Source: Octopus vulgaris
Lineage: Eukaryota
Length of the DNA stretch: 64,000 nucleotides
Direction of reading: 5' to 3'
NCBI GenBank assembly: GCA_951406725.2
Contig: OX597827.1
Coordinates: 23,188,001-23,252,000 of the forward strand
The position numbers were made by a program, and so were the translations under genes. The notes below the pieces were generated by a model. The model made no database searches, had not been told where the DNA came from, and was given only the letters and a program-made list of their open reading frames with translations. Positions within the stretch are counted from its first letter, which is position 1. The number at the start of each line of letters is the position of its first letter. Positions 14,070-27,314 of the stretch are shown here, piece by piece.

Positions 14070-14453
14070 ACTCACACACACGTTTGTGTGTGTGTGTGTC
14101 AGTAGAACAGGTTTAACAAGAGAAAGAGATTTGTCAATGTGAATTGTACAGAATCCCCACCTCTCCCAGCAACAACTCACCCCCCCCCAAACACCTCACC
14201 ATCTTTTATTCTCTGCTATGTCTATTTGTGTATTCATGGTGGTGGTGGTGGGTGAGGAAGGCGGTTGTGAGGTTGATATTTGTTATTGCTTAGCACTATA
14301 TCAGTCATTATCCAACAAATCAATGACATTCCAATATGGCCCACCAGTCCTAAGTTACAGAGTTACATTTTACAATATCTCCTTTCTGCTTCAAGACAGT
14401 AAAATACAACATGAGTTGCTGTTATTTCTTGGTGGTTAACTGACTCTATGAAG

Positions 14454-14956
14454 CAGTGGTCAGAACCCTTTTTTTGCCTATGGACTCCCTGTAATTTCTG
14501 TTTTACTTCAATGGACCCTCATAACCATTCAATGTTTAAAAAATCCCTTTATATTTTAAAATTAAATATTATCTGTTTCTTTATTACCCACAAGGGGCTA
14601 AACATAGAGGGGTCAAACAGATTAAGTCAATTACATCGATCCCAGTGCATAACTGGTACGTAATTTATCAAACCCAAAAGGATGAAAGGCAAAGTCGACC
14701 TTGGCGGAATTTGAACTCAGAACGTAACGGCAGACGAAATACTGCTAAGCATTTCGTCCGATGTGCTAACGGTTCTGCCAGCTCGCCGCCTTATTTTTAT
14801 ATTTTAAAATTAAATATTTTCAAGGATTGTATAAAAAGATTGTTAAAAATCCTTTGTGTATCACAGAAGTATAACCAGTTTATTGTACATATATTTTAGC
14901 AACAAAATCTTATGTTGACCCTCAAGGGTCATATGGGCCCTGGTTCAGAAGCACTG
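14454..14956. mobile_element. Related hAT MITE with a nested family A SINE
   Basis: CAGTGGT...GCACTG ends. The nested SINE is flanked by the 23-bp duplication TTTATATTTTAAAATTAAATATT (14548-14570 and 14796-14818). Confidence 0.65.
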
Positions 14957-15711
14957 ATATTGAAGATCCCTTATTGGCTAACTAGGAGCTAGTGTTGGAG
15001 AGTTGCCCTTGGCTCATATATAGTCAATCATGTTTCTTGGGTTGACTCACAGCTCTAGACCAGGGAAGAGCCGCCTTTTGAAAGATGTCGGCTGCACGAG
15101 ACGTGACTCATCATCAGATGGATCACATTAGTCAAAAAATATTCAGGTAATTCTTTTTGTCAGGTGTGTCATTGAGGAAATCCTCCAGGCAGCATGTGGC
15201 CCACCGGCTGAAATTTGCTCGTGATTGTTTTTGGTCACTAACATAGCTGGATGGGGATGGGGGTGTAGAGACGGTCCACCCCACGCAGCACTTTTAAAGG
15301 AGCACCACTTTTGGGCCTGCTGTAGACAATATGTGTTTTTGTAGGGTCCGTGGGTAGCAAACAGAAGGACTGTCTGGGTGGCACAAACTCTAGCTATGCA
15401 AGTGTTCTACATGTACAAATAGATGGACAGACCGTGTTTTAAAGGTCATGGGTTACAGTTCAGTAAAAAGCACAAATGCTTTCACCAGGGTTCCCCCAAA
15501 ATATTTTAACATCAAACCAGATTCGTGAGAGGATCTTGCAGCTGAGAGACTTATTGAACTGAATCTTGTAAGGAAAGGAGTCAAGGCACCTGAACAATCC
15601 AGGAGAAGGCTGAGAATGGTCTGAGCACATTGGGACAAAAAAGGACACATCTTATAGTGATGCTATAGTCACATTCCATATAAATGGAGAAACAAGAAAA
15701 AGACTTTTTAA

Positions 15712-15931
15712 CCCTTTCGTTACTGTATAAATTTTGAGATGCCCTGTGTTTCTTTCAATTACCTTAAATATAACAAAGAATTTAGTAAAATAACTTAGTT
15801 ATCATCTAGCTACTGTTAGGAATATAAATTGTGACTAAGGTTTGGAGGAAGATTTTAATTGAGAACTTATGAAAACAAGATATTTGTACTCACATCCAGA
15901 GCCGGTTTCAGCTGGGTTGGTAACAAAAGGG
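15712..15931. mobile_element. piggyBac-like MITE
   Basis: TTAA-CCCTTTCGTTAC ... GTAACAAAAGGG-TTAA. Confidence 0.8.
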
Positions 15932-17055
15932 TTAAGATTATCTCATAACTTAGTGGTTTAGCAAAAGAGATTGATAGAATAAGTACTAGGCTTACAAAGA
16001 ATAAATCCTGGAGTCAATTTGTTTGACTAAAGGCAGTGCTCCAGCTTGGCTGCAGTTAAATGACTGAAACAAATAAAAGAATGAAAGAAAGAATATTTTC
16101 TATAGAAATGAAAGCCAGCAAATAAGCCTTTAAAATATTTGGTAGTCTCTAGATACTGGTTCTAATTTCTATAGAAAATATGTTGAGATAACTTTAAAAT
16201 GTGACTGAATTGCACTGCTAACACAGGTAGGACATAATATTGATTTATTCCAAGCCTTTAATATACTTCATAGAATATTATGATTGCAAAATGAAATATG
16301 GGGTCCCTACAAGGGATTAAGAAAAATGCCGAGAATGAAGAGTTAGGGTTTATTAAATCTGAGGTGGGGAATATATATTGAAGAGAAGGAATACGGAATG
16401 TAAACAGACTGGGGTCAGACGTTAGTAAGGATTGAGGGAGAGGTGTGTTAAAACTAGGGTTTGTGTATATTGAATAGAGGGAATAGACTGGGTAAACAGA
16501 CTGGGTCAGGGGATCAAACTTCAATGAGGGCCACTGTTCTCTTCCAATCAACACCAATGATTTTCTGACACCCTTCTACAATATGCAGTTGATTAATGCC
16601 ACCACATCATCATCACAAATATATCTTCTAGAACATCGGACATTATCACTGCCACCACCACTACAACCATTTTGACTGTATAACTACCACTACCACCACC
16701 AACAACAACAATAACACTAACATCAGTGCCACAATGTCCACGACAAAGTACCACCACCACCACCACCACCACTGTTACCACTGCCACTGCTGACGCTGCC
16801 ACCACCACCGTCGCCGCCACCACCACAACAACAATAACAATACAATAAGCACAGCAACCACCATTACACCACACACCTATCAAGTGACCCCTCTTCAAAT
16901 AGTCAATAATGTGGGGAAAACATCAAAGATTAGTTAATTAGTTCCAGCACTCCCTATCCCTGCCACACAACCCCTCCGCCTAATTAATATTGACCTCCTT
17001 TGGATCACCTTCCACAAAACTGCTTTGTACTTTGTACTTATTGGCATATTTCTCA

Positions 17056-17119
<64 letters not shown>

Positions 17120-17219
17120 AGCAGATTCTTTTCTTATGTTTTAGCCAGTGTATATGTGTGTGTGTGGGGTGGAGGTGGAGGTGTATGGTAACACTCCAGA
17201 ATCAGAAGAAACAGCTGAA

Positions 17220-17255
<36 letters not shown>

Positions 17256-17256
<1 letters not shown>

Positions 17257-17948
17257 GGGATGCGATGGGGAAATTGTCACCATTTTAATTTGAGGAATGC
17301 GCATTGTTTATTTATGATTTTATCAACTACACAGTATAGTAGGGTCAGCTGGGCACTGTCTGTGAAAAAACCAGCACCATGACACAGTTCATTCTGCCAG
17401 AAATTTGGAAATGACATACTGTACTGCTTGGCGTTTGCACCGAAAGCTCCAATATGGACATTTCTGGGGACATGTACCGAGAGTGATAAAAATCCAGCAT
17501 CCAGTCAACATGATGGTGTTTGGAGTGATCACTAGTGATAGCAATGTTATGCTTCCATTCATCTTCCCACACAGCCTCACACTCAACATGGAGACCTTCA
17601 TTAATTGCCAGGAGGAGGTAGTGCTGCCCTGGGTCAAGAGGGTGGCTGATGGAAGATTGTATGTCTGACAATAGGACTCTGCACCATGTCACACAAGCAG
17701 GAGAACCCAGTCATGACCTTCAGACAATTTCTACAACCACAACACCCCTAAAATCTGACCACCTAACTCCCCAGACTGCAACCCCATGATTATTATGTGT
17801 AGAATGCAGTTGGGCGAGAGACCAACAAAACTCCTTGTAACACCAAAGATGAACTGAAGGCAAGGATTCACCAACTGAAACAAGGAGACCATCCAGAAGA
17901 GTTGCAGGAGATTCCGAAGTCGTCTGGAGGCTGTGGTTGAAGCCAATG
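17256..17948 (+). mobile_element. Internally deleted maT-like (DD37D) relic
   Basis: HPVNMMVFGVITSD..VMLPFIFP, QDSAP-like and PPNSPDCNP motifs; TA-CGGGATGC left end. Confidence 0.75.
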
Positions 17949-18793
17949 TATGTATGTATGTATGTATGTATGTATGTATGTATGTGTGTGTGTGTATGTA
18001 GATATGTATGCATGTACATATGTATGTACATATGCATATATGTATGTACATAGGTATGTACATACCACCATCATCATTTTATGTCCACTTTCCATGCTGG
18101 CATGGGTTGGAGGATTTGACTGAGGAGGACTAGCAAACCAGATGGCTGCACCACACTCCAATCTGATCTGGCAAGGTTTCTACAGCTGGATGCCCTTCCT
18201 AACGCCAACCACTCCGAGAGTGTAGTGGGTGCTTTTTATGTGCCACTGGCACGAGGTCCAGTCAGGTGGCACAGGTAGCATCGACCACACTCCAATGGTT
18301 CTTTTTATGTACCACCGGCACGAGAGACAATCAGGTGGCACTGTATGTACATATGTATGTATGTATGTATGTATGTATTTAAGCATGTACATGCGTATAC
18401 ATGTATGAACATATGTATGTTCATATGTATGTAAGTCTGTACTTACATATGCATGTGTGTATGTACATATGTATATATGAATGTACATAGCTGTTTGTAT
18501 GAATGTATGTGTATATGTACATACATGTGTATGTATGCATGTGTGTGTTTAAGTAAAGTGTACGTTGTACTATTAGCTCTAACAAAGGAGAACTTCATTG
18601 AATTGTAGAGAACCCTGTATTGTGATTGCTGACAAGCTTTGTTCTTCATCGTAACCAGTGACTTAATCCTGGATTATGAAAGTTTAAAACTTGCGGTGGC
18701 TGTTGTGAGTCTTGATACCATTAGTGTTGTTGTTGTTGTTGCTGCTTGTGTAGTTGAAGTACAAACTTGATCCGGGAGACTTATAGTGGAAGT

Positions 18794-18958
18794 CAGGGCC
18801 GGTCCTAGGGTTGCTGGCGCCCCAGGCAAATTGAACTTTGGCATGTACAAGCTGACAGTTGTGGAAATTTCCTTGTCTTTGTCACGCCCTCCTTGGCACC
18901 CCCTAGCACATGATGTTCTGGGTGACTGTCCGAGTTGTTGGTACCTTGCTGGTGCCTG
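18794..18958. mobile_element. Short hAT-like MITE
   Basis: CAGG...CCTG ends; TSD GTGGAAGT/GTGGAAGA (7 of 8); homologous to both ends of 23442-24281. Confidence 0.6.
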
Positions 18959-20743
18959 GTGGAAGATATTCCAGCCATGGTCATTCAGTTCCCTTGTGAG
19001 TATTTAGTACTACATTATCTACTGGGGTTTGTTTCCCTTTTTATTTAAGATGGCATGGTGCTGTAGGAGGTAATTTAGTTGCTATTTCCAGCAGGTTCAA
19101 GCCCTTTCAAACACACCTTTCACATATAATATCTGTGTCAGCGCAGAGGTATGTGTACTGTGGGCGATGGTGGTGGTCAGGTTAGGATTGGGTTGTTTCT
19201 ATTATTATTGTATTGTAAAGCTGTAGAATTTTCTTTTTGTGCATTTGTGTGTGGGAGTGTGTATAACAGGTTGGCTGGGTGTATAAAGTTGTCTTGACAA
19301 AAATAAAGCATCAGGCATTTGGGGGTGGCAGGTGGTGGGTAGTATTTTTTACCTTTTACTTGTTTCAGTTGTTTGGCTGCGGTCATGCTGGAGCACCACC
19401 TAGAAGTATTTTCATTTGAATGAATCAACCCCAATTCTTATTTTGCTTTTTTTTTTTAAGACTGGTATGTATTCTATCAGTCCTATTTTGCCAAACTGCT
19501 AAGTTTCAGGGACATAAACATACCAACACTGGTTGTCTGGCACAAGGCCAGCAAATTTGGGGGAGGGTGTAAGTCGATTACCATCAACCCCAAGAGGATG
19601 AAAGGCAAAGTCGACCTTGGTGGAATTTGAACACAGAATGTAAAGAACTGGAAGCCTTTTACCTGATTTTCTAATGAGTCTTCCTGTCTGTTGTTGCCTT
19701 AAATGACTGCAATAATATTGGTTTCTAATTTTAGCACAAGGCCAGCAATTTCGGAGGAGGGTGTAAGTTGATTACATCGATTCCAGTATGCAACTGGTAC
19801 TTAATTTATTGACCCCCAAAAGGATGAAAGGCACTAATCTCTCCAAATCTGTCTGTCCACCCATTTGTCTGTCTGTGTGACCCATCAACACTAGATAAAG
19901 GAACAAAAGACAATGAACCAACAAGCGCTAGAAATAACAGCCAAATCTCTTTCAACTCGCACTTTACGAGTAAATAATGAAAGAGTGCATTGGTCACAAT
20001 ATATTCTTGTATGCATTATGCTTTAGTAAAAGACGGGATGGTCATGGCTGGAACATCCTTGCTAATCAGTCTGATCAATTAGAGCTTACCTAAACACTGA
20101 AACCACCACCACCACCACCACCACCACCATAACCACCAGCGCAACAATCACCACCACCACCACCATAACCACCAGCGCAACAATCACCACCACCACCACC
20201 ACCATCTCACCACCACCACCATCAAAAACAACAATAACAAGACCTCCTGCAAGGACTGTTCTACTTAGCTTTAAAAGGTATTTTACCATTTCCCCTGCTG
20301 TTGTTATTGCTGTTGCTCTTAGCGATGTTGCCTTTGAATGTCTCTTTGTTTTCCGCTGATCTATTTGCCGCTTTTGTTGTTGTTCAGTTTTGACAACCTG
20401 ATAATATTTGTTGTTGTTGTTAATCTTTGTTTTCTGAGATAATATCTAATCCAAAAGGACTCAGGTGAGCAAAATACTGTACAATGTTGAATTGATGAAA
20501 ACTTCTAAGCAGGAAATTCATCATCGTCGTCGGCGTCACCATCATCACCACCACCATCATCTTAATTATTTCATTTATCAACTCCACCAACACCATCATC
20601 CTCTTGGTCTTGTCTAGCATCATCACCATCATCATTATCGTCAAGACCACGCTTCCTTCTCCACGCATGCACACAACTGATTGCTTCTGATTGTATTGAT
20701 GACTTTCGACGTCGCAGGTTCGATATATTAAATTTATCAAATA

Positions 20744-21249
20744 CTAGCAGTATCGCCCGGCGTTGCTCGGGTTTGTAAGGGAAATAACTATATAAGCATC
20801 TTTAGAGAGTTACTTCCCTTATAAATTCGGGCTTTCTTAGCCATTTTTGTTTTGGTGTCTTCAAGCCATGAAGTCGTTGTTCTAAAAGAACGCTGGTTTC
20901 CTTCACAACGCATTACGACGTTGATTTCTTTACACTCCCTTCCCCACAGCTTCACGAGGGAGGGAAGGGGGAGAAGCAAACAGGTGCAGCTGTGAGCGTG
21001 GACGCCAACTCCGCCGCCATCGACATACGATGCATTTTATGCATTAAAATGGAATAAAAAATGATGTTAAATTATTTTTAAAATCGTAGACTCATCGTTG
21101 ACGCACGCTAATAGTCAGACGGGCTCGATATGAATCACGACTATAAGATACCCGAATTTGGTTAAACTGCACCGCAAAATGTGGAAGGAGTTAGGAATCT
21201 AAATCGAAGGGGACAGACACTCACACAACTAGAGTTTTATATATATAGA
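20744..21249 (-). mobile_element. Non-autonomous Helitron
   Basis: On the - strand: A|TC start, CCCGAGCAACGCCGGG hairpin 8 nt before the CTAG|T end, no TSD. Confidence 0.8.
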
Positions 21250-21566
21250 TTTTCTTCAGGTTCTTTAATATTGACGGCTTTCCGTTCGCTTTGCGATTTA
21301 TAATTGAAAACATTTCAATATGCGATCGAGTGTTTGTCTATCCACACACACAAACACGTATGCGTTTGTATGCATATAAAGATATGCATGTACGTATATA
21401 CGTATGCACGTTAGCACGTACATACATTCATGCATGCGGCCATGTATGTATGTATGTATGTATGTATGTATGTATGTATGTATGTATGTATGTATGTATG
21501 TATGTATGTATGTATGTATGTATGTATGTATGTATGTATGTGTGTATGTGTGTGTGCATGCATGCA

Positions 21567-21598
<32 letters not shown>

Positions 21599-21736
21599 AT
21601 AAAATGTGTAAAAGCTTGGCCGGGCTTAAAAGTCAGATAAGGGCATCACATGGCAACAATCATGAATCATTCTACTAAGACTTCTTGGCAATGGCTTTTG
21701 TTGTGTAACGAGGATGCAGCTGGGTATGTATGTATA

Positions 21737-21899
21737 GGCGCAGGAATGGCTGTGGTAAGTAGCTTGCTTACCAACCACAAGGTTCTGGGTTCAGTCCTAC
21801 TGCGTGGCACCTTGGGCAAGTGTCTTCTTCTATAGTTTCGGGCTGACCAAAGCCTTGTGAGTGGATTTGGTAGACGGAAACTGAAAGAATCCCATCGTA

Positions 21900-21955
<56 letters not shown>

Positions 21956-22146
21956 GAGATAGGGGTTGTAAATTCAACCCTCCATGGGATAACATATATC
22001 CAATATACTGCTAGAGAAGTACCCAACAAAGCTAATACATAAATGTTAAGAATTGCGATGCAATTAATTCATTTACTGTATTAGGTGGGCAAAGGTAAAA
22101 TTATTTTTACCATAAATTAATAATTTCTCCATTTTCTTATTTTGTG

Positions 22147-22201
<55 letters not shown>

Positions 22202-22385
22202 ATGTGTATGTTTGTGTATCTGTTTGCCCTCCCCCCAACATCGCTCGACAACCGATGCTGGTGTGTTTACGTCCCCGTAACTTAGCGGTTCGGCAAAAGA
22301 ATAAGTCCTGGGTGTTGATTTGCTCGACTAAAGGCGGTGCCCCAGCATGGCCGCAGTCAAATGACTGAAACAAGAGTAAAAGAGT
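21737..22385 (+). mobile_element. tRNA-derived CORE-like SINE family B with an internal microsatellite (representative; more than 10 copies or fragments)
   Basis: TGGCTGTGG A-box-like, GGTTCAGTCC B-box-like, CCTTGGGCAAGTGTCTT CORE-like, internal (TA)n/(TG)n, tail GACTGAAACAAG-TAAAAGAG. Others at about 12797-13205, 22675-23055, 34660-34940, 36508-38258, 49170-49555 and 63400-63755. Confidence 0.85.
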
Positions 22386-22859
22386 ATGTATGTGGGTGAG
22401 TATGTATGTATGACATATTCACGTACATTCGGGCATGGGAAGACATTGCACTGCACCAACTTCTCTTGAGAAAAGAAATTCTCCATATATGGATGTAAAC
22501 CTCACAAGGCCACGAATGATGTCAGCGGGTCGTGGGACTCGTGTATTTCTGCGTCATAACGTACACCGAGCTGTCGTTCGTGGCCATTAAGAGCTGCCCT
22601 GGCTCATTTGTCAGTCTGGAATAAATGAAAACTGTATACCAAACTGCACTTAATGAAATGTATTTATTTTATTGCTTGTCTTTTAACTGTGGCCATGCTG
22701 TAGCACCACCTCGAAGGGTTTGGCCAAACAGATCAATCCTTGTACATTTTAAAAATTTGGTACTTATTCAGTTGGACTTCCTGGTACCGAACTGCTAGGT
22801 TATGGTCACTTAAACAAACCAACGCCGGTTGTAAAGCGATGGTGGTGTATAAACCCAAA

Positions 22860-22900
<41 letters not shown>

Positions 22901-23441
22901 AGAGAGGACGGTCTCTATTCAATTTCCATTAAGCAAATCCATTCATAAGGCTTTGGTCGACCCGGAATTATAGTTCAAGGTGAAACACAGTAGGACGAAC
23001 CTGAAACCATATGGTTGCGAAGCAAACTTCTTACCACACAGCCACGCCAGCGCCTATGTATTATGTACAGTCTTGTTTAACGTGTCCGTGTATTTTCAGC
23101 CATGGAGGATTTCTTCTCTGGAGACAACCTGTGCAGCTTATCGTCTTTCCATGTCCGAATGTACACAAACATGGTAAATGAGACTGTAAACAGCTGTATT
23201 TCATTCAACGCTACTTAGTGTACATTTAAATTACACACACACACACACACACACATCACACAAATTGACAAAAGCACCAAACATCACTGATTTGATTAAA
23301 TGCATAAATAAAATCACGCAGGGGGTCTAATAAATTTGTATTCAATTTCGCTGTGAAAATTTATCCGGAACAATTTACCAATATTCCTCCGATATCATTA
23401 AAATCGGCAAGACCACCACCACCATTACACTATGTTATATA

Positions 23442-24281
23442 AAGGACTAGCCCTAGGGTTGCTGGGGCCCTGGGCGCAAAACATTTTTCCCACGAGAGTT
23501 CCGGACCCCAGCTATGAACTTATTTGCATACAGTCAATCAGAGCTCAACTAGTGTCCACCTAGTCACAAAAATACTCTGGTTGACTTCGGCGGAAAATGT
23601 GCGTTATAACAAAATCCAACTGTTCTAAACGGGTTAATAGGGGTGACAAATGTGAAATTTAGTGTATAAAGTGAATGGAGAGCTGCTCACCGATGATGCC
23701 ATAAGTGTTGCCAATTTGCGTAATTTACTGGAAAATGTAAATGAGTGTAGTTTCCGAATTTTTTGACTGATTTTGTACATTCCTAATTTAAAATGTTGGT
23801 GTTGGTCTGGGAACATCGTAATCAATATGGCCTTGTGTCGTATTGCGCCCTCCTTGCATATATCAATGGGTGCCTGCAGTATCACTAATCTCAGAGTGAG
23901 CATAGGTACCTAAGTTAGCTCCATATGGAGATGGTGCTCAATTGATCTCTGAGGATGGTAGAGGGGGAATGTGGTGCTTATGTGAGACCTGCTATGCTGT
24001 ACTCACGGAGTGGCATACACCATTCTATGCCTGAGTGGCTGTACTCTAGCAGTACATAGTATGTGGAGTTTCAGTGTGAGCTCTGACGAGCTGTATGCAA
24101 ATGAGTTCATTACTAGGGTTCAGAACTCTCGTGGGAAAAAAATTCACGTCCCGAGCAAGCTGAACTCCGGCGTGTACAAGCTGACGCTCTTTGAAATTTC
24201 CTTGTCTTTGCCACGACCTCCTTAGCGCCCCTTAGCACATGGCGTACAGCCCTGAGTTGCCGGTACCTTGAACTGGCCCTG
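23442..24281. mobile_element. Longer relative of the 18794 MITE
   Basis: Shares CCTAGGGTTGCTGG.GCCC on the left and TGTACAAGCTGAC...GAAATTTCCTTGTCTTTG...CCCTG on the right. Confidence 0.55.
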
Positions 24282-24437
24282 GATAGAGACAGGAACAGAA
24301 AGCAACAACAAAACAAAAATGCAATTGTGTTGAAATGTAGCAATGGAGCAAAAAGACAGTGTCAAATGTCGGCGATGTTCTTTCGGTAAAAACACAACAC
24401 AAATTCACCATCAGATATGAAAGATGTCGACACTTAC

Positions 24438-25557
24438 CTATCTTTAAGCTGCCAGTCCAGCTATGTCGTCTGTTAGCTTGAATTGTACTCCTTTGTAGTG
24501 ATATCATCTTGTCTATCAGCATCTGTCGTTCTTCTATGCTCATTTCCTGATGTATTCTCTGGGCAGGAACTGAACTGGTGTCATTTCTTTCAAGTGGATC
24601 TCTGTTTCTGATATTATTGCTGCTGCTGCTGTTGTTGTTGTTGGTGGTGGTGGTAGTCTCCTCTTCATCACCGTTTTGGCTGTTACTGTTTTCCCTATTG
24701 CAGTTGTTGCTGTTGTTGTTGTTATCGTCACTGCACTTGATGCTGTCATCCTCGTTGTTCCTACTGCTGCTGTCATCATTGTTTCTCATATTATTATTGT
24801 TGTAACTGTTATTATCGTCTTCGCTGTTGCAGCTGTTTGATCCATTTCCGTTGCACAGTTTAGTGACACCGACTTGCCTGAGTGTTTCGTCATTGTCCTC
24901 ATCACATTGCAGCTTGGCACCCTCCCTAACCATTGTCATATCCGCAGTCGAGTTTTCCAACCTCGTTAGGGCCTCAGCATCATTATTTTCAACTCCTTCG
25001 TTGTCCTGCCGACTCTCTGTCAAAAGATCAGATGTCAGGTGGTGTTTCGTACTACTATAATCCATATCCTGGTCAATACTGTCACAATAATCTTCTTTTT
25101 GAAGATAACTAGTTTCGATGATGTTGTCAAGGATATCAGGAAGACTTCCGGTCACTTCCGTCTCTTCTCCGTCCGAAGCAAAGTTGTCCAGCACGTCGAG
25201 CGAGTTCTCGTCCGAGATGTCTTCTACGTCGTCCGAGTAGGCCACATGTTCACTAGCTAAAGCTTCTAACTGGTCTGTAGACTGCGATGGGGTTCCAGAA
25301 ATTTCGACAACAGCAACTTGACCGTCAGGTATGTCATTACATTTGGTCATTTCTTCTTTGTAAATTCCGTTTTTAGTTTGCCCGACAGCTGTCGAGTAAT
25401 CCTGACGGTCAGTTACAGACGATTCCATCCTTTCTAGAATATATTGTGTGGTCGACGACTTAGGCTCCGATTCTTGTAACAAAACGGTCAACGAGGAATT
25501 TGTAGAAACGAAGTCTTCGAGTTTACACTCTATTTCATATTGAAAGTAGTTTGACAT
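24438..25557 (-). CDS. Large probable first coding exon of an unidentified acidic, low-complexity protein
   Basis: 373 open codons of non-microsatellite, D/E/S/N-rich sequence from the ATG at 25557 to ...QANRRHSWTGSLKI-G|GTAAGT (donor at 24437-24432). No recognisable domain. Confidence 0.7.
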
Positions 25558-26959
25558 CGTTCTATGTTTGTGTGTATTAGGTAAATAGCTATATGAACGT
25601 ATCTACATAAAAGTTGTATAAGTAGTTTATATATATATATCTGTTTGAAAATTCTTTTAAGTCTGTGTTAATGACTTCAGAGTAGCAATAAATGCGTTTT
25701 ACTCAGTCACAAGATCAGTGAAGGGAAAAGAGAGAAAGTGATAGAGTTGGTTTGCGTACAGAAACTCCGAGTATTGCACAGGAAAGGTAATACAATTGAT
25801 GTTAAGATATACTCCGTGTATCATTTGTTATTTAGAGATCTGATCGTTCATATTGGTATGCATCTGTTAAAGGGAAATAAAAATAAAGTAAGATAAATTT
25901 AGATTTTCCACTCAGATACGAGCGTATTTTTCATGTAAGTGTGTGTGGATGGGTGGGGGACATATGCAGTGGAACTAATCCTCATTGTATTACGGGTATT
26001 TATTTTCTTATTCTGGTACTTTCATTTTTCAGATGGAGATTTTCCTGGTGAGGTACAGAACTGGAAATTGCTGGAACAAAACATTGTCTTTAGCTTTAGA
26101 TCAGAATTGGTAATTTCTGGAGAAAAGAGCTGGTAGTTGTCAGATGGTAGAATCGGTAATTCCAATAGATTAGAACAGCTGTGAACGAGAGAAAAACAAG
26201 GAATTCCAGGTTTAATTCAAAGTTGGAACAAAATACATTTTATTTAAGAAAGAAATAATAAGTTGACATTAGAATTCAATAATGAAAGGGAAATTAAATT
26301 TTAAGGTGTCCAAGATCTTGGTTTCAAATTTTTGCGCAAAGCCAGCAATTTCGATAGATGGGGCTTGTCTCTTACGTCAACCCCGTTGCTCAACTGATAT
26401 ATATTTTATCGACCCCGAAAGGATGAAATGGCAAACTCGACCTTGAAAGACTTTGAACTCAGAACATAAAGATGGAAGAAATGCCACAATGCATTTTTCC
26501 CGGCGTGCTTACGCTTCTGCTAGTTCGCCGCCTTAACGTGTTCAATATATTACGAAACAAACGCGCTGGACCCAAATGGCTAAGATGCTAGGTTAATGTC
26601 GCCATGGTCTAATCGATTCACCCCCATTTTATGCACCTATATAGCAGCTAACTGAATTAACAAGTGTCACATTAACAAAACCCGACTGAGGAGTCGGTTT
26701 GACAACCCTTTTCGAGAACAATACAGGGGCAAGGAATTATATTAGGTAAGTTTTGATTACAGATACCGGAGGGTAATATCAAAATACAACACGTCTTCAC
26801 TGTACACTTCCAAACAATATGTTATCAATGTATACCTCACATGGTCTCACTATCATCACACAAACATATCCTCAGCCATACAGTATATACTTACTACCAT
26901 ACTACATCGCCATCACTCAACATGTCCCCGCCTATTAGTTCATCCGTCGTTGTCGACGA

Positions 26960-27220
26960 TGATCCAGGACATCACATGGAAGAAAAAGACGGGACAGTGT
27001 ATCGGCTGTGGCCAACCAGTCCGATGCATGTTCGGAAGGCTCTGTTGCAGGTCAGATACTGGTGGTCTGTTGGAAATGAAGGCAAGGAGTTGACCTTGGA
27101 TTTGCTTTCTTTCTGCCCCTGCAATCCTTTTGCGTTCGTATGAGTTGACACCCTTGTTGGTGCAGCTTCGCTAGGCAGGCAGGCTTGCCAGGTGTCAGGG
27201 TTGGTCTCAAAGCTCGTCAA
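26960..27220 (-). mobile_element. Degenerate RTE (BovB-type) LINE 3' end
   Basis: TCNRAFRTCIGLVGHSR resembles the C-terminal C..C.R.F...IGL.SH.R.H zinc-finger motif. Confidence 0.6.
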
Positions 27221-27314
27221 CTAACATACACCACTCAACATGTCCTCCCAACCACGCAGCGACACAATTATACCCTTGCTACCACACAATATCACACATC
27301 TACTAACAACCATG

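Noticed and set aside
23100-23173. Plus-strand exon-like islands (also 13408 onward and 26033-26052)
   Set aside because: Splice-like signals only; no consistent frame, no recognisable protein and no connected gene model.
24232-24437. C-terminal 68 aa of the 441-aa ORF
   Set aside because: Lies past a perfect AG|GTAAGT donor and runs into a MITE end; most likely intron read-through.
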